A program made the position numbers and the translations under genes. A DNA stretch of 61,245 bases, filler included. It is 8 parts of 8 records of this genome, joined end to end, with 100 filler letters (N's around TTAATTAATTAA, not from the genome) between each part and the next. Parts side by side here need not be neighbours in the genome. Positions count along the whole stretch, not along the records: positions 28,640 to 35,200 come from SRR31147125_18913; positions 35,301 to 45,166 come from SRR31147125_18927; 6 more parts are not named here. One strand, written 5' to 3'. Within the stretch, counting starts at the first letter, position 1. Each line of letters opens with the position of its first letter. Below are positions 31,353 through 41,688 of the stretch, one piece after another. The notes below the pieces were generated by a model. That model was not told where the DNA came from, did not search any database, and was given only the letters and a program-made list of their open reading frames with translations.

Positions 31353-31835
31353 CTATGTTTTTGTTTGAAGCTTGTAATTTATAATACCGCCTGCATCCAA
31401 AACCTTCTGAACAAATTCAGGAAAAGGTTTAATTTTATAAATTTTAGATTTTGTAATATTTTTAATTACACCATTTTTAAAATCTATAGAAATCTCATCT
31501 AAATTATCTATATCATCTGTGTTATCACACTCAATAACAGGCAGACCCAGATTAATAGAGTTCCTGTAAAAAATCCGTGCAAAATTTTTGGCTACTATAG
31601 CTTGAACTCCTTTGTATTTTAACACAGCAGGAGCTTGTTCCCTCGATGAGCCACACCCAAAATTTTCACCCCCTACACATATATCGCCTTCTTTGTAATT
31701 AGACAAAAAGTTATCATCATATTCAAAAGTATACTTTGCAATGTCATCAATTTTTAGCAAGCTTAAGTGCTGTGCAGGGATAATTTGATCGGTGTCTATA
31801 TTATCACCAAATTTAATTGCTTTTGAAGTTATCAT
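31353..31835 (-). CDS. leuD: 3-isopropylmalate dehydratase/homoaconitase family small subunit
   Basis: DNIDTDQIIP, NFGCGSSREQA and FARIFYRN. Confidence 0.9.
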   Translation of the reverse strand: MITSKAIKFGDNIDTDQIIPAQHLSLLKIDDIAKYTFEYDDNFLSNYKEGDICVGGENFGCGSSREQAPAVLKYKGVQAIVAKNFARIFYRNSINLGLPVIECDNTDDIDNLDEISIDFKNGVIKNITKSKIYKIKPFPEFVQKVLDAGGIINYKLQTKT

Positions 31836-31848
31836 AGTATTCTCCTTT

Positions 31849-33099
31849 TTATTGTTCAGGTATTGTAATTACGCCCGTTATTGCCGATGCAGCAACAACA
31901 GCAGGACTAGCAAGATATATTTTAGCATCTGGGCTGCCGACTCTGCCTTTGAAATTCCTATTTGCAGTAGTAAGTAATTTTTCGTTTTTACCTAATATGC
32001 CTACACTGCCTCCAAAACATGCACTGCATCCAGGATTGCTGATCATTGCACCAGACTCCATTAAAGTCTGAAGCAATCCGCTGTTTGCCGCTTTAATATA
32101 TATCTCTTTTGATGCAGGCGTTACTAATAGGCGAATACTTTTTGATATTTTCTTGCCTTCTAATATTCTTGCTGCAATTTCTAGATCTTCATATCTTCCA
32201 TTAGTACATGCACCTATAAAGCATTCATCAATCGGCATTCCTTCATAAACTGAAATATCATCTACATTGTCTACAGAATTAGAAGCTGCTATTTGAGGAA
32301 CCAGTTCAGATACATCATAGGTATAAATCTGCTCATATTCAGCATCTTCGTCATCATAATATTTTGTGTAGTTATCTCGACCTCCATCATTCATATATTT
32401 ATCAACTACCTTATTGGGAGGAATATATGTGAATTTCGCACCTGCTTCAATTCCCATATTGCACAATGTAGCTCTTTGAGAGATGCTTAAATGTTTGATA
32501 GCTTCCCCTGTTATAACTATTGCTTTGTAGGTTGCCCCATTTGAAGTTATATCCTTAATAATTTTTAGTATTAAATCTTTAGGATAAACATTTTTTGGCC
32601 ACTTTCCGTTAACCTCAATTTTTATTGCCTTTGGCACTTTCATCCATATCTTACCATCAGTCCAAGCTACTGCAATATCTGTTGAACCCATCCCCGTGGA
32701 TAGTGCAGAAAGCGCACCATAGGTACAGGTATGCGAATCTGCTCCTATAATTATCTGCCCTGGACGCACATGGTGCTCCATCATTAGCTGATGGCAAACA
32801 CCGCATCCATCATAAACATTTTTGATATTTTGCTCATTACAGAATTCTCTCATTTTGTTATGTGTATCCGCAGCGGCTATAGATGAGCTGGGAGTATAAT
32901 GATCCATTACAACTACCAGCTTTTCACTATTGAATACTTTTGACTTTTTTAGCTTATTCTTAAATACATCGATAGCTAAAGTAGTTGTTACATCATTTGA
33001 CATAATGCAATCAAGATCAACATCAACCATATCGCCAGGTTGAACAAAATTCTTTTTGGAATGTGATGTCATAATTTTTTCGATAACATTCATTTGCAA
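31849..33099 (-). CDS. leuC: 3-isopropylmalate dehydratase/homoaconitase family large subunit
   Basis: DH, GVCHQ, GADSHTCT, GACTNGR, CSAC and NRNFKGR. Confidence 0.9.
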   Translation of the reverse strand: MQMNVIEKIMTSHSKKNFVQPGDMVDVDLDCIMSNDVTTTLAIDVFKNKLKKSKVFNSEKLVVVMDHYTPSSSIAAADTHNKMREFCNEQNIKNVYDGCGVCHQLMMEHHVRPGQIIIGADSHTCTYGALSALSTGMGSTDIAVAWTDGKIWMKVPKAIKIEVNGKWPKNVYPKDLILKIIKDITSNGATYKAIVITGEAIKHLSISQRATLCNMGIEAGAKFTYIPPNKVVDKYMNDGGRDNYTKYYDDEDAEYEQIYTYDVSELVPQIAASNSVDNVDDISVYEGMPIDECFIGACTNGRYEDLEIAARILEGKKISKSIRLLVTPASKEIYIKAANSGLLQTLMESGAMISNPGCSACFGGSVGILGKNEKLLTTANRNFKGRVGSPDAKIYLASPAVVAASAITGVITIPEQ

Positions 33100-33271
33100 T
33101 ACCTTCTTTCAATAAAATTATAAGTTTACACATTCTTTAAAATGCATAATATGCTTACCTACATTTAGCAAATGTAAACATGTTTCGCATTTTAAAATGT
33201 GTTGAGTATTGATTAATAATATTGTATAATAATTGATAATATAAATAAAATATATATTATTTATACATAAC

Positions 33272-33286
33272 ATAACTAGGGGTTAT
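33272..33286. promoter_or_regulatory. LysR-type binding site (T-N11-A)
   Basis: ATAAC-TAGGG-GTTAT palindrome overlapping the lysR RBS. Confidence 0.6.
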
Positions 33287-33289
33287 AAT

Positions 33290-34168
33290 ATGATTAATAC
33301 TGAACTATATAAAGTTTTTTACTATGTTGCCCAGTATAAAAATATCTCCAAAACAGCAGAAGCACTGTATATTTCCCAGCCTGCTGTAAGTAAATCTATA
33401 AAAAAATTAGAAAAAATTACAAAATGCACATTGTTCAAAAGAAGCTCAAAGGGTGTAACATTGACCTCTGAAGGCAAAGTATTGTTTAAATATGTTAATG
33501 ACGGATTTACGCACCTTATAGACGGAGAAGAGATTTTGAAGAAAATAGTAAATATGGAAAAGGGAATTGTTAAGATTGGTATTAGTAATACATTATGTAA
33601 ATATTATTTCTTGCCACACTTGCATAAGTTCCATAATCTATATCCCAATATAAAAATACAAATAGTAAATCGTCCATCACCAAAAACATTTGAGCTATTA
33701 AATAAGGGGGAAATTGATTTTGCAATAATCAGTATACCTGATAAAAAAGATGATTATGAATATATTCCTTTAATGACCATTCAAGATATTTTTGTTGCTG
33801 GCAGAGAATTTAATAGTAGTCAAAATATATCTTTAGACGAGCTAGCGAAATTTTCACTGATGATGATGGAAGAAGGAAACCAAACACGCATCTATGTAGA
33901 TAGATTTTTAACTGATAATAACTTAATAATAAAACCAGAGATAGAAATAGGCAGCATGGACTTTTTAGTTGAGTTTGCAAAAATAGGAATAGGTGTTGCA
34001 TGTGTTATAAAAGAATTTGTTTTAAAAGAATTAAAAAACGGCACATTAAAGCAAATTCAAATATCACCGTCGTTAAAGTCTAGAGAGATAGGGTTAGTCA
34101 TAAAGAAAAAAATACCCCTATCACATGCTGCTAAGAAATTTATTGATGGGCTGATAAAAGTAAATTAG
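33290..34168 (+). CDS. LysR family transcriptional regulator
   Basis: ISKTAEALYISQPAVSKSIKKLE...LFKRSSKGVTLT; divergent from leuCD. Confidence 0.96.
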   Translation: MINTELYKVFYYVAQYKNISKTAEALYISQPAVSKSIKKLEKITKCTLFKRSSKGVTLTSEGKVLFKYVNDGFTHLIDGEEILKKIVNMEKGIVKIGISNTLCKYYFLPHLHKFHNLYPNIKIQIVNRPSPKTFELLNKGEIDFAIISIPDKKDDYEYIPLMTIQDIFVAGREFNSSQNISLDELAKFSLMMMEEGNQTRIYVDRFLTDNNLIIKPEIEIGSMDFLVEFAKIGIGVACVIKEFVLKELKNGTLKQIQISPSLKSREIGLVIKKKIPLSHAAKKFIDGLIKVN

Positions 34169-34179
34169 TTATAAATTAA

Positions 34180-34204
34180 TAGGGTGCTCTAAAAGTACAC
34201 CCTA
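34180..34204. terminator. Hairpin between convergent genes
   Basis: TAGGGTG...CACCCTA. Confidence 0.5.
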
Positions 34205-34227
34205 CTAAAATCATACTAAATTAGCAG

Positions 34228-34605
34228 TTAGCTGTGTTTTTCTTTATAATCCTTAATTGCTTCATGCAATGCTTCTTCTGCTAAAACTGAACAGTGGATT
34301 TTTTCAGGCGGCAGACCGCCAAGCTTTTCAATTACCATTTTATTAGTGAATTTTAATGCTTCATCTACCGTCATTCCCTTAATCATTTCAGTTGCCACTG
34401 AAGATGTTGCTATAGCTGCAGCACACCCAAAAGTCTTGAATCTTACGTCAACTATTTTTTCATCTTCCACTTTTATGTAAAACTGCATTATATCACCGCA
34501 TTTTGCGTTGCCTACTGTGCCTACGCCGTTAGCGTCATCTATTTCTCCAACGTTTCTTGGATTAGCAAAATGATCCATAACGTTCTTGCTATACATATCA
34601 CTCAT
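34228..34605 (-). CDS. iscU: Fe-S cluster scaffold IscU/NifU
   Basis: DHFANPRNVG, CGD, FGCAAAIA and KIHCS. Confidence 0.95.
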   Translation of the reverse strand: MSDMYSKNVMDHFANPRNVGEIDDANGVGTVGNAKCGDIMQFYIKVEDEKIVDVRFKTFGCAAAIATSSVATEMIKGMTVDEALKFTNKMVIEKLGGLPPEKIHCSVLAEEALHEAIKDYKEKHS

Positions 34606-34661
34606 AATTTTTCTCCGATCAAATAAATTTAATTACTTAGCTTTAATTAATAAAATCTTAT

Positions 34662-35200
34662 TTATCCCAGTGGCGACATCGCTCTTAGTCGTTCAACTAT
34701 TTTAGCCATGCTCTCTACTGTGTATTCAACATCTTCCATTGTGTTCATTCGCCCGAATGTGTACCTTACACTTCCGTGTGCTATTTCATGGGATAGCCCT
34801 ATTGCCAAGAGTACATGAGACGGATCCAAAGATCCTGATGAACATGCTGAACCTGATGAAACACCAATCCCCATCATGTCAAGGCTCAATAATAATGCTT
34901 CGCCTTCTACATATCTGTAGGATATATTCACATTATTGCATAGCCTGCTTGTAGGGTGCCCATTTAATTTAATATTTGGTACGCGCTCTGTCATTCCCTT
35001 AATAAGTGCATCGCGTAGTTTTATCTGTCTTGCACATTCTTTATCCATTTCTGCTACAGCCAAATCTATGGCTTTGCCCATTCCAATAATACCTGTATGG
35101 TTTAATGTGCCTGCACGGCGATTTTTTTCATGTGCTCCACCCTCTATTAGTCTTTCTAGTTTAATGCCCTTTTTAATATACATAGCACCAACACCTTTTG
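34662..35200 (-). CDS. iscS: Cysteine desulfurase (5' truncated)
   Basis: RAGT and SSGSACSSGSLDPSHVL. Confidence 0.95.
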
Positions 35201-35300
35201 NNNNNNNNNNNNNNNNNNNNNNNNNNNNNNNNNNNNNNNNNNNNTTAATTAATTAANNNNNNNNNNNNNNNNNNNNNNNNNNNNNNNNNNNNNNNNNNNN
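35201..35300. other. Artificial contig spacer
   Basis: N44-TTAATTAATTAA-N44. Confidence 0.99.
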
Positions 35301-35349
35301 TTCTTAATTTTTTCATTTGTTTTCTCCTTTGTTTGTATTAAAAAAGAAC

Positions 35350-35583
35350 TTAATTGTCTAAGTTCTTAATTTCTTTTCTCAAGTCATCTATTTCTTCATC
35401 GTATCTATCCTGTCGATGATGAGCAGATTTTGTGGATTGTTCCACAACGACCATCCTTTCTATTAATCCGTTATGTTTATCCATCTTTTTTTCTAGGTAA
35501 TTAATTTTTGTCAATATCATACCTGTAAAACTACCTATTGATATTGCGTATACTACCATTTGGATCCAAAATTCTGTTGACAT
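35350..35583 (-). CDS. Phage holin-associated/XhlA-like small membrane protein
   Basis: TM plus LEKKMDKHN..IER...VEQSTKSAHHR; lies at the start of the lysis module. Confidence 0.7.
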   Translation of the reverse strand: MSTEFWIQMVVYAISIGSFTGMILTKINYLEKKMDKHNGLIERMVVVEQSTKSAHHRQDRYDEEIDDLRKEIKNLDN

Positions 35584-35603
35584 GCAGTTGCCCTTTCTTT
35601 TGT

Positions 35604-37577
35604 TTATGAATCATCTCGAATCAAATGCCCTGAAAACCAACTTAATGCATATGTTCCTTTTATCACTTCGGTGCTTTCAAAATTCGCTTTGCATTGCAAG
35701 TAATCGCCCGCATCTAGTTCAATCAACGTTGTGGCGTCTGGTATAGCATAATTACCCCCAGATGCGTAATCTCTTGCGGTCATAACTCTTGTTGATCCGT
35801 TTTTATATACGTCTATTCCGTAGCGGTCTTTATCCGTTGGATTTGCAGCCATTACATGAACTGAAATTTGATATAACCCGTCTACCGGGGCAGTAAATTT
35901 TTTTGTACTTGTGTTATACGTATTTCCCGTGTTAAAAAGAGTTGCATTAAATTGAATAACATCCCCGTTCGATTCGGTATAGTCGGAGCTTCTGTACGCT
36001 CTAAATGCACAAATTGAAGCCGGATTAGTATATGAATATGAATATTTGGACGCTAAAGTTTGACCACCTTCGTATATGGCTCCCGAAAACCTCCCATCTC
36101 CTTCAACATCAAGTGAACCATTACCTTCTTCGTATACTTTAAAAAAAGCAATGCCGTCCGGCGTAATATGCATAATAGGTTTGCCTTTTTTTAATTCAAA
36201 TTCTACTGTTGTGCTATTCAACTCATCCGTCAAAGTAAACTGAATATCGAAACTTTTCGTGCTGTCAAATCCTGACCCGGCAATATCGCCTATTATTGAT
36301 TGCTCAGCCGCGTTTCCAATATCCCAATTATCACTGTTTAAACTTATAGTAATTGGGCTAGTGCCATCGGTGTAAGTTGAGATGTCAGTAGTCTTATATT
36401 TATAGGTCGCTGTCAAAGAATTGACAGTAACCCCAAAATCGATGTTCTTGAAGGTTCCAGCTAGTTTTACATAGGTTGTTTCATCAACATCATTCTCCCT
36501 TGTCGCTGCGGCGTTGGCTACTATAGGATTATAGTATTCAATTAACGTTGCCGATAGAGCAACAAGTGTTTGAAGCCCTCTGCTATCTACTGCATATACA
36601 TTTATAGCAGCACTTGGAGCATTTTCTATATCTATGTTAACGTCTTCCGTCTCAGAATAGACCGCACTGTTTTGTTTCGTTCCGATGATGACATTATACG
36701 AAGCCATTGATGCGCCGTTTTGTGCAGTCGCTGCATTGGCTACCGAAATAGTAACTCGAACTGTACTGTTGTCCTGTATTAATATTTGATTATCGCCTGT
36801 TAGTGCTACTGTTGCAGTATTAATATCAGAATAAGAGCAATTAGAGAATATCGGATTACTATTAGTAACATTGACTGTGCCTGTTTTTGATGCCGTACCA
36901 AATGATGTAGAACCATTAAAAGTTTCAAATATAACTTCTATTGTCCCGGTCGACGAATCCGGCAGAGCATTATACATCGCCTCAATTTCGGTGCTATCAA
37001 ACTCAATTGTACTACTCGTGAAATCCTCTATCGTTTTTATAGTTATCCCGGCGATTTTAATTGTTAAGTTATCTGTATATGAACTATTTGCTTTTGTTAT
37101 ATTAACAGTTAAATTATCCCCTATAATATAAGAGAACCCGCCAACCGGGGCAGTTATCGTAGAAACCCTCGGAATTGTCGGTAAACTAATTGTTGGAGTT
37201 ACTGAGTACTTATATGCGCCATAATCGCCTAAATAAGAACGTACTCTGCCTCTTATTCGGCAATTGAAGCTGCCTGAACCGTCAGCGTTATGATTTACAG
37301 TATACTGTTGGGTTGTCATTGTATATGTTCCGGAGCTGGATACGCCTTTGGAAAAATTATAACTTATGCTACCATTAAAATATATATTACCGTATACTGC
37401 ATCCCCTGAATCCGCACTTGACACTTTAGCTCTTAGCCTAATTTCAATTAAGCTAGTATTACTTACGGCATCTTGTGAAACGAGATAAACCGTCATATCA
37501 AAAGAGGATGCTGTAAAAGGTGTGTCAGCTACGGAAGATGTCTGTGTAGTATATGGGCCATCTAATAATGTTGACAT
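35604..37577 (-). CDS. Phage tail fibre/minor structural protein (DUF859-like) with C-terminal C1q-like domain
   Basis: HNADGS and LPTIPR.S motifs; C-terminal AFRAY...F...FNTG..YNTST.KFTAPVDGLYQI...LDAGD...WFSGHLI. Confidence 0.8.
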   Translation of the reverse strand: MSTLLDGPYTTQTSSVADTPFTASSFDMTVYLVSQDAVSNTSLIEIRLRAKVSSADSGDAVYGNIYFNGSISYNFSKGVSSSGTYTMTTQQYTVNHNADGSGSFNCRIRGRVRSYLGDYGAYKYSVTPTISLPTIPRVSTITAPVGGFSYIIGDNLTVNITKANSSYTDNLTIKIAGITIKTIEDFTSSTIEFDSTEIEAMYNALPDSSTGTIEVIFETFNGSTSFGTASKTGTVNVTNSNPIFSNCSYSDINTATVALTGDNQILIQDNSTVRVTISVANAATAQNGASMASYNVIIGTKQNSAVYSETEDVNIDIENAPSAAINVYAVDSRGLQTLVALSATLIEYYNPIVANAAATRENDVDETTYVKLAGTFKNIDFGVTVNSLTATYKYKTTDISTYTDGTSPITISLNSDNWDIGNAAEQSIIGDIAGSGFDSTKSFDIQFTLTDELNSTTVEFELKKGKPIMHITPDGIAFFKVYEEGNGSLDVEGDGRFSGAIYEGGQTLASKYSYSYTNPASICAFRAYRSSDYTESNGDVIQFNATLFNTGNTYNTSTKKFTAPVDGLYQISVHVMAANPTDKDRYGIDVYKNGSTRVMTARDYASGGNYAIPDATTLIELDAGDYLQCKANFESTEVIKGTYALSWFSGHLIRDDS

Positions 37578-37589
37578 TATTCACCTCAA

Positions 37590-39443
37590 TCAATCGTTAA
37601 TATTAATAAAATAGCTTCCGTCACTCGTCTCAAAAATCCTTAATTTATTAACCGATACGCTTTCCTCGGCGTGCACGGTTTTTGCAGACAACCCATTTTT
37701 ATCAAACTTTCCCGCAATTTCATCTGATGCAGTATCTATTATTTCAAACGCATTATCAGCCGACATTTTGATTTTAGTATTCAATATTGATGATATGATT
37801 TCGATATATCCGCCACCGATTCTAACCGTATCAGTATATACTTCATTTGGGGATTGCTGCCACGGCAAAGCCGTATCGCCTGTGTTCATCATTAAATCGA
37901 GATATGAGAAACCATTGTCTGTGTCGCATTCAAATCGTATGGATATTAAATTATTTACTACATTTACTATTTGGACAATTTCAGTTAATTCACTGGTTGC
38001 TGTCAACGAAATCACATATGTCTGTTCAGCATTAATATATAAAGTGGCATTGGACGGTATATTTTGCCGATAGCTTAAACTAATTACAGCTTGCCCATTC
38101 GAAACTTCTTGAACTGTTTCCTCATAGCCATTGCCAAGTTTTTGCTCTTTTTTGGATATCGCATCTGTCACATTATCAATTGTAGAGCCTGCATAGTTTT
38201 CGCTATAGTCCCACATTGAATCTCCGTACCTTTTGGCGGAGTTTTCCAGCATATTAACTCCGCCTTTGCTTTCTATGGAGAACCCCCACCCCTCCAGAGT
38301 TTGAAGCATTTGCGTTATAATCTCACTCTGCGATGTTTGCTCAGATATTATATTTGTAATCTGTGCCAAGGCTTGGTCGACAATAACTTGTGTCTTTTTC
38401 ACTGCCTGTTCAACAGTTGACTTGCCGTATAGATACTCAACAGTAGCTTTAGTTATCGATTTAGCTCCTATTATACTTTCAAGTCCTGTAGGGCTTGAGA
38501 AAATTTGTTCAAATAAATAAGATGTGAACACCTCTCCTTGTGTATCTGTTATTAGCAGTTTCTCCCCTAATTTCCAAGATGGATTACCCTGCCCCTCTAA
38601 CTCAAACGCTGTATAGCCGAAGCCTACTACCTGATTATAAAGGGGTTCAATCAGTTCGAGTTGTTTTTCCCTCGTGTATGCGAAAGGGTTATCTTCAACA
38701 GTAAAATAATTTTTATCTGTTATTTCGCTTTGGTCACTAGGAAGAGAAACGTTATTACCACTAATATCGGAAGAGGTAAGAGCAACAATGTTTATCTGAT
38801 GCGTTCTTCTTTTCCTGTCAAGCTCGTGATAATCAGCTTGAGTTATCGTATGAGTAACTGTATCATCTGTAAGCTTAAAAATTAATATGTCATTTTCTAT
38901 TGTTGCATATGTGCCAGATATTTGTGCTATCGCTATAAGGACATCCCGGCAGGTTGCATCATTAAATTGGTTGCTGTCAACGATAAAATCTTCATTTGCT
39001 AGAGTTTGCGCTGTCCGGATTACTCCGGCTAATTCGCATATTTCGTCAAGCACATCGGCAATTGTTATTTCGCCGCTATCATAATTCAGGGTACTTTCAT
39101 AACCAATGTTGAATTTTAGCATATAATCATATGCTTTTATTGTGCTATATCCTTCTACATCTTTTTCTCCGATGTCTTGCGTTATGAAAGTACCATCACT
39201 TTCATAGTAGTAGGTACCATCACTTTTTAATTGTCCATATTTATATTCTAATTCTGTCTCTTCTAAATCATCCGTTAACAAGATATCGAATTGCAAATAC
39301 TTAGCTATAGCTGTTCCAATTACATGAGAATTAGTGTCATCGCATTCGTAGCAAGTATGTTCTCTTTCAACATTTTTTACATCATACTCAATGCTATCAA
39401 TTGTAACTTGGTCAACATGGACAGGTTCATGCTCATAATTCAT
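37590..39443 (-). CDS. Phage baseplate/tail minor structural protein
   Basis: Position after the distal tail gene; AYDYM, DNPF and GNP motifs plus a coiled coil. Confidence 0.7.
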   Translation of the reverse strand: MNYEHEPVHVDQVTIDSIEYDVKNVEREHTCYECDDTNSHVIGTAIAKYLQFDILLTDDLEETELEYKYGQLKSDGTYYYESDGTFITQDIGEKDVEGYSTIKAYDYMLKFNIGYESTLNYDSGEITIADVLDEICELAGVIRTAQTLANEDFIVDSNQFNDATCRDVLIAIAQISGTYATIENDILIFKLTDDTVTHTITQADYHELDRKRRTHQINIVALTSSDISGNNVSLPSDQSEITDKNYFTVEDNPFAYTREKQLELIEPLYNQVVGFGYTAFELEGQGNPSWKLGEKLLITDTQGEVFTSYLFEQIFSSPTGLESIIGAKSITKATVEYLYGKSTVEQAVKKTQVIVDQALAQITNIISEQTSQSEIITQMLQTLEGWGFSIESKGGVNMLENSAKRYGDSMWDYSENYAGSTIDNVTDAISKKEQKLGNGYEETVQEVSNGQAVISLSYRQNIPSNATLYINAEQTYVISLTATSELTEIVQIVNVVNNLISIRFECDTDNGFSYLDLMMNTGDTALPWQQSPNEVYTDTVRIGGGYIEIISSILNTKIKMSADNAFEIIDTASDEIAGKFDKNGLSAKTVHAEESVSVNKLRIFETSDGSYFININD

Positions 39444-39820
39444 GATTCAACCTCATTTGTTTGCTCCAAGGTCACCGAAAAAGGTGCATGATATATAGTT
39501 TCAGTGTCTAATCCTACAACAACCGAAATGTCCGGGGGAGCTTCAACAGCAAATGTCTTTGTTAAATGCGTTTTATATTTCGGAGACCAAAATGTATAAT
39601 CTCCATCTACTAACGCTTGTAAGTATTCGCTTGTTGTATCTTGATTGCATCCAATAAAATTTATTGTTATATTTGTTTTTGGCATGGGAGCAAAATTTCT
39701 CCGTATGCTCCCGTCTGCCATTTCAAACCTGCATACCTCTTTTTTTATATCTTCGGTAATTACATAGTTTTCTCTTTGAATATGTTCAAATTCTAAATCA
39801 CCTTTTTTCAAAAAGTACAT
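39440..39820 (-). CDS. Putative distal tail protein
   Basis: 126 aa directly after the tape measure gene; MADGSIRR. Confidence 0.55.
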   Translation of the reverse strand: MYFLKKGDLEFEHIQRENYVITEDIKKEVCRFEMADGSIRRNFAPMPKTNITINFIGCNQDTTSEYLQALVDGDYTFWSPKYKTHLTKTFAVEAPPDISVVVGLDTETIYHAPFSVTLEQTNEVES

Positions 39821-39822
39821 AA

Positions 39823-41688
39823 TTACCTCCCATATTGTAGAGCTATTTTTCCTAAATATTTATTAACACCTTTTGCAAGCTTAAGTCCGTCAAGGTCAAG
39901 TACTGTTGTAGGCGCAATATCCCATATGGCTTGTGCTAAAGCTTTGTAATCTATACCTACACTTTGGCTTGAATTCACAGCAGGTTCAATAGACATTGTG
40001 TTATAAGTCGCTTGCGCTACCTTCTGAGCAGATTGTTTAACCAAATATGAATTTTTATCAATTCCTTCCGCGTATCCCTCCATCATATGCACGGGGGATT
40101 TATCAAAATCAGAAAGCGGCCCTTTGTCCGGAATAGTAAATCCCAAGAAATCTTTAACCAAATTAGCAGCATCAGTTACTATTTTTTTAAGATTCTCGAA
40201 TTTCTCTTTTATTCCGTCAATAAATTCTTGAATCATATCTTTGCCCCAAGTTTTTGCCTTATCCACTAAACCTGTAAATTTGCTTTTTATGTTGTCAAAT
40301 GTATTTGCAAAATAATCTTTTATACTATTCCATACACCTGACACTTTTGTTTTTATTGCATCCCATGTAGTAGACAACTTATTCTTTATACCTAGTACAA
40401 CACTTACTACTTTTGACTTTATATTGTTCCACGTATTCACAAAAAATTCTTTAATTGCAGTGAGTACAGATTTGATTTTCTCTCTTTGTTTTTCCAACAT
40501 ACCTACATACCAATCTCTTAGCTTTGTAAATGTATTTACAAAAAACTCTTTTATCTTTGTCCATGCATTAATTATCCACTCTTTTACCACATCCCAATTT
40601 TTGTATAACAAAATACCTATTGCTATTAGTGCTGCAATCGCAAGGATGATAAGGGTTATAGGACTTGTTAGGAAAGTAAAAGCCGCTCCTAATGCTGTAG
40701 TCGCTACCGTTGTAGTTCCTTGAACAATTGCTAGTATTTCAAGAACGCCGGCTGTGATTGCCGAAACAGTATTAAATATAATGATAGCCGCAACCAATGA
40801 ACCTATAATAATAGCTAATGTCTCTAACAAAGGGGAATGTTCCGTTATCCAAGTACCAAAATTTTGTAAAGCCGGCACCAGAGTATCAGCAATCCATGTT
40901 GCTAAATTTGAAAACGCCGGAATAGCTGTATTTGTCAAAAAATCAATGAATCCCGAAGCAACAGGCATCAGTTTTTCACCCACCTCAGCTTTTAATGTTT
41001 CCATTTCCCCTTGCAATAATCTTTGTTTGTTTGCCAAACTATCAGATGTATCCGCAAAGTCACCTTGCGCATCAGCTCCCCTATCCATTATGTAATTATA
41101 GCGGAGCGTTACCTTCTCTGCCTCTGTCATATCACTATATGCAGTCTCTATGCCTTCGCTTAATCTGTAACTTTCGAGACTTGTTGCTGACATACCGTAA
41201 CCTAATTCGTTTATTGATTCAAAGTTTCCGTTTATGGCACTCCGAATCTTATTAAACATTGTTTCATGGTCCACATTATAAAAACTCGAAAAGTCACCAG
41301 TTGCGCCTGCTAAAGCAGTGGACATATCAACGGTGGCATCTTCTGCTACCCCTGCTCCTTTCATTACCGCACCAAGTGTTGAGGAATATTTCTTCGCTTG
41401 CAATTCTGTAAGACCAAAATTGTCCATTGCAGTTTGCGAGAATTCCTCTACCTTACTGGCACTTCCCTCGAATGTAGTATCAACAACATTCTGTACTTCC
41501 TGTAAATCACTAGCAACAGAAATAGAATCTTTTGCAAAATCAATAATAGCCTTCGTTCCAAAGGCTATTACTGCCGAGGTGGCTATATCTCTTAAGAGGG
41601 TATTTATGCCGCCGAGTTTTTTTTGAGCCTGTTTAGTATTATAATTTACTAAAAACTCTATTACTTTACTTGCTATGCTCCTCACCAC
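39823..41688 (-). CDS. Phage tape measure protein
   Basis: ASDLQEVQNVVD, GDFADTS, a TM region and periodic W/F repeats. Confidence 0.92.
   Translation of the reverse strand: MVRSIASKVIEFLVNYNTKQAQKKLGGINTLLRDIATSAVIAFGTKAIIDFAKDSISVASDLQEVQNVVDTTFEGSASKVEEFSQTAMDNFGLTELQAKKYSSTLGAVMKGAGVAEDATVDMSTALAGATGDFSSFYNVDHETMFNKIRSAINGNFESINELGYGMSATSLESYRLSEGIETAYSDMTEAEKVTLRYNYIMDRGADAQGDFADTSDSLANKQRLLQGEMETLKAEVGEKLMPVASGFIDFLTNTAIPAFSNLATWIADTLVPALQNFGTWITEHSPLLETLAIIIGSLVAAIIIFNTVSAITAGVLEILAIVQGTTTVATTALGAAFTFLTSPITLIILAIAALIAIGILLYKNWDVVKEWIINAWTKIKEFFVNTFTKLRDWYVGMLEKQREKIKSVLTAIKEFFVNTWNNIKSKVVSVVLGIKNKLSTTWDAIKTKVSGVWNSIKDYFANTFDNIKSKFTGLVDKAKTWGKDMIQEFIDGIKEKFENLKKIVTDAANLVKDFLGFTIPDKGPLSDFDKSPVHMMEGYAEGIDKNSYLVKQSAQKVAQATYNTMSIEPAVNSSQSVGIDYKALAQAIWDIAPTTVLDLDGLKLAKGVNKYLGKIALQYGR

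Noticed and set aside
35604-37577. Diversity-generating retroelement target
   Set aside because: No template repeat or reverse transcriptase is seen, and the tip is C1q-like rather than C-type lectin.
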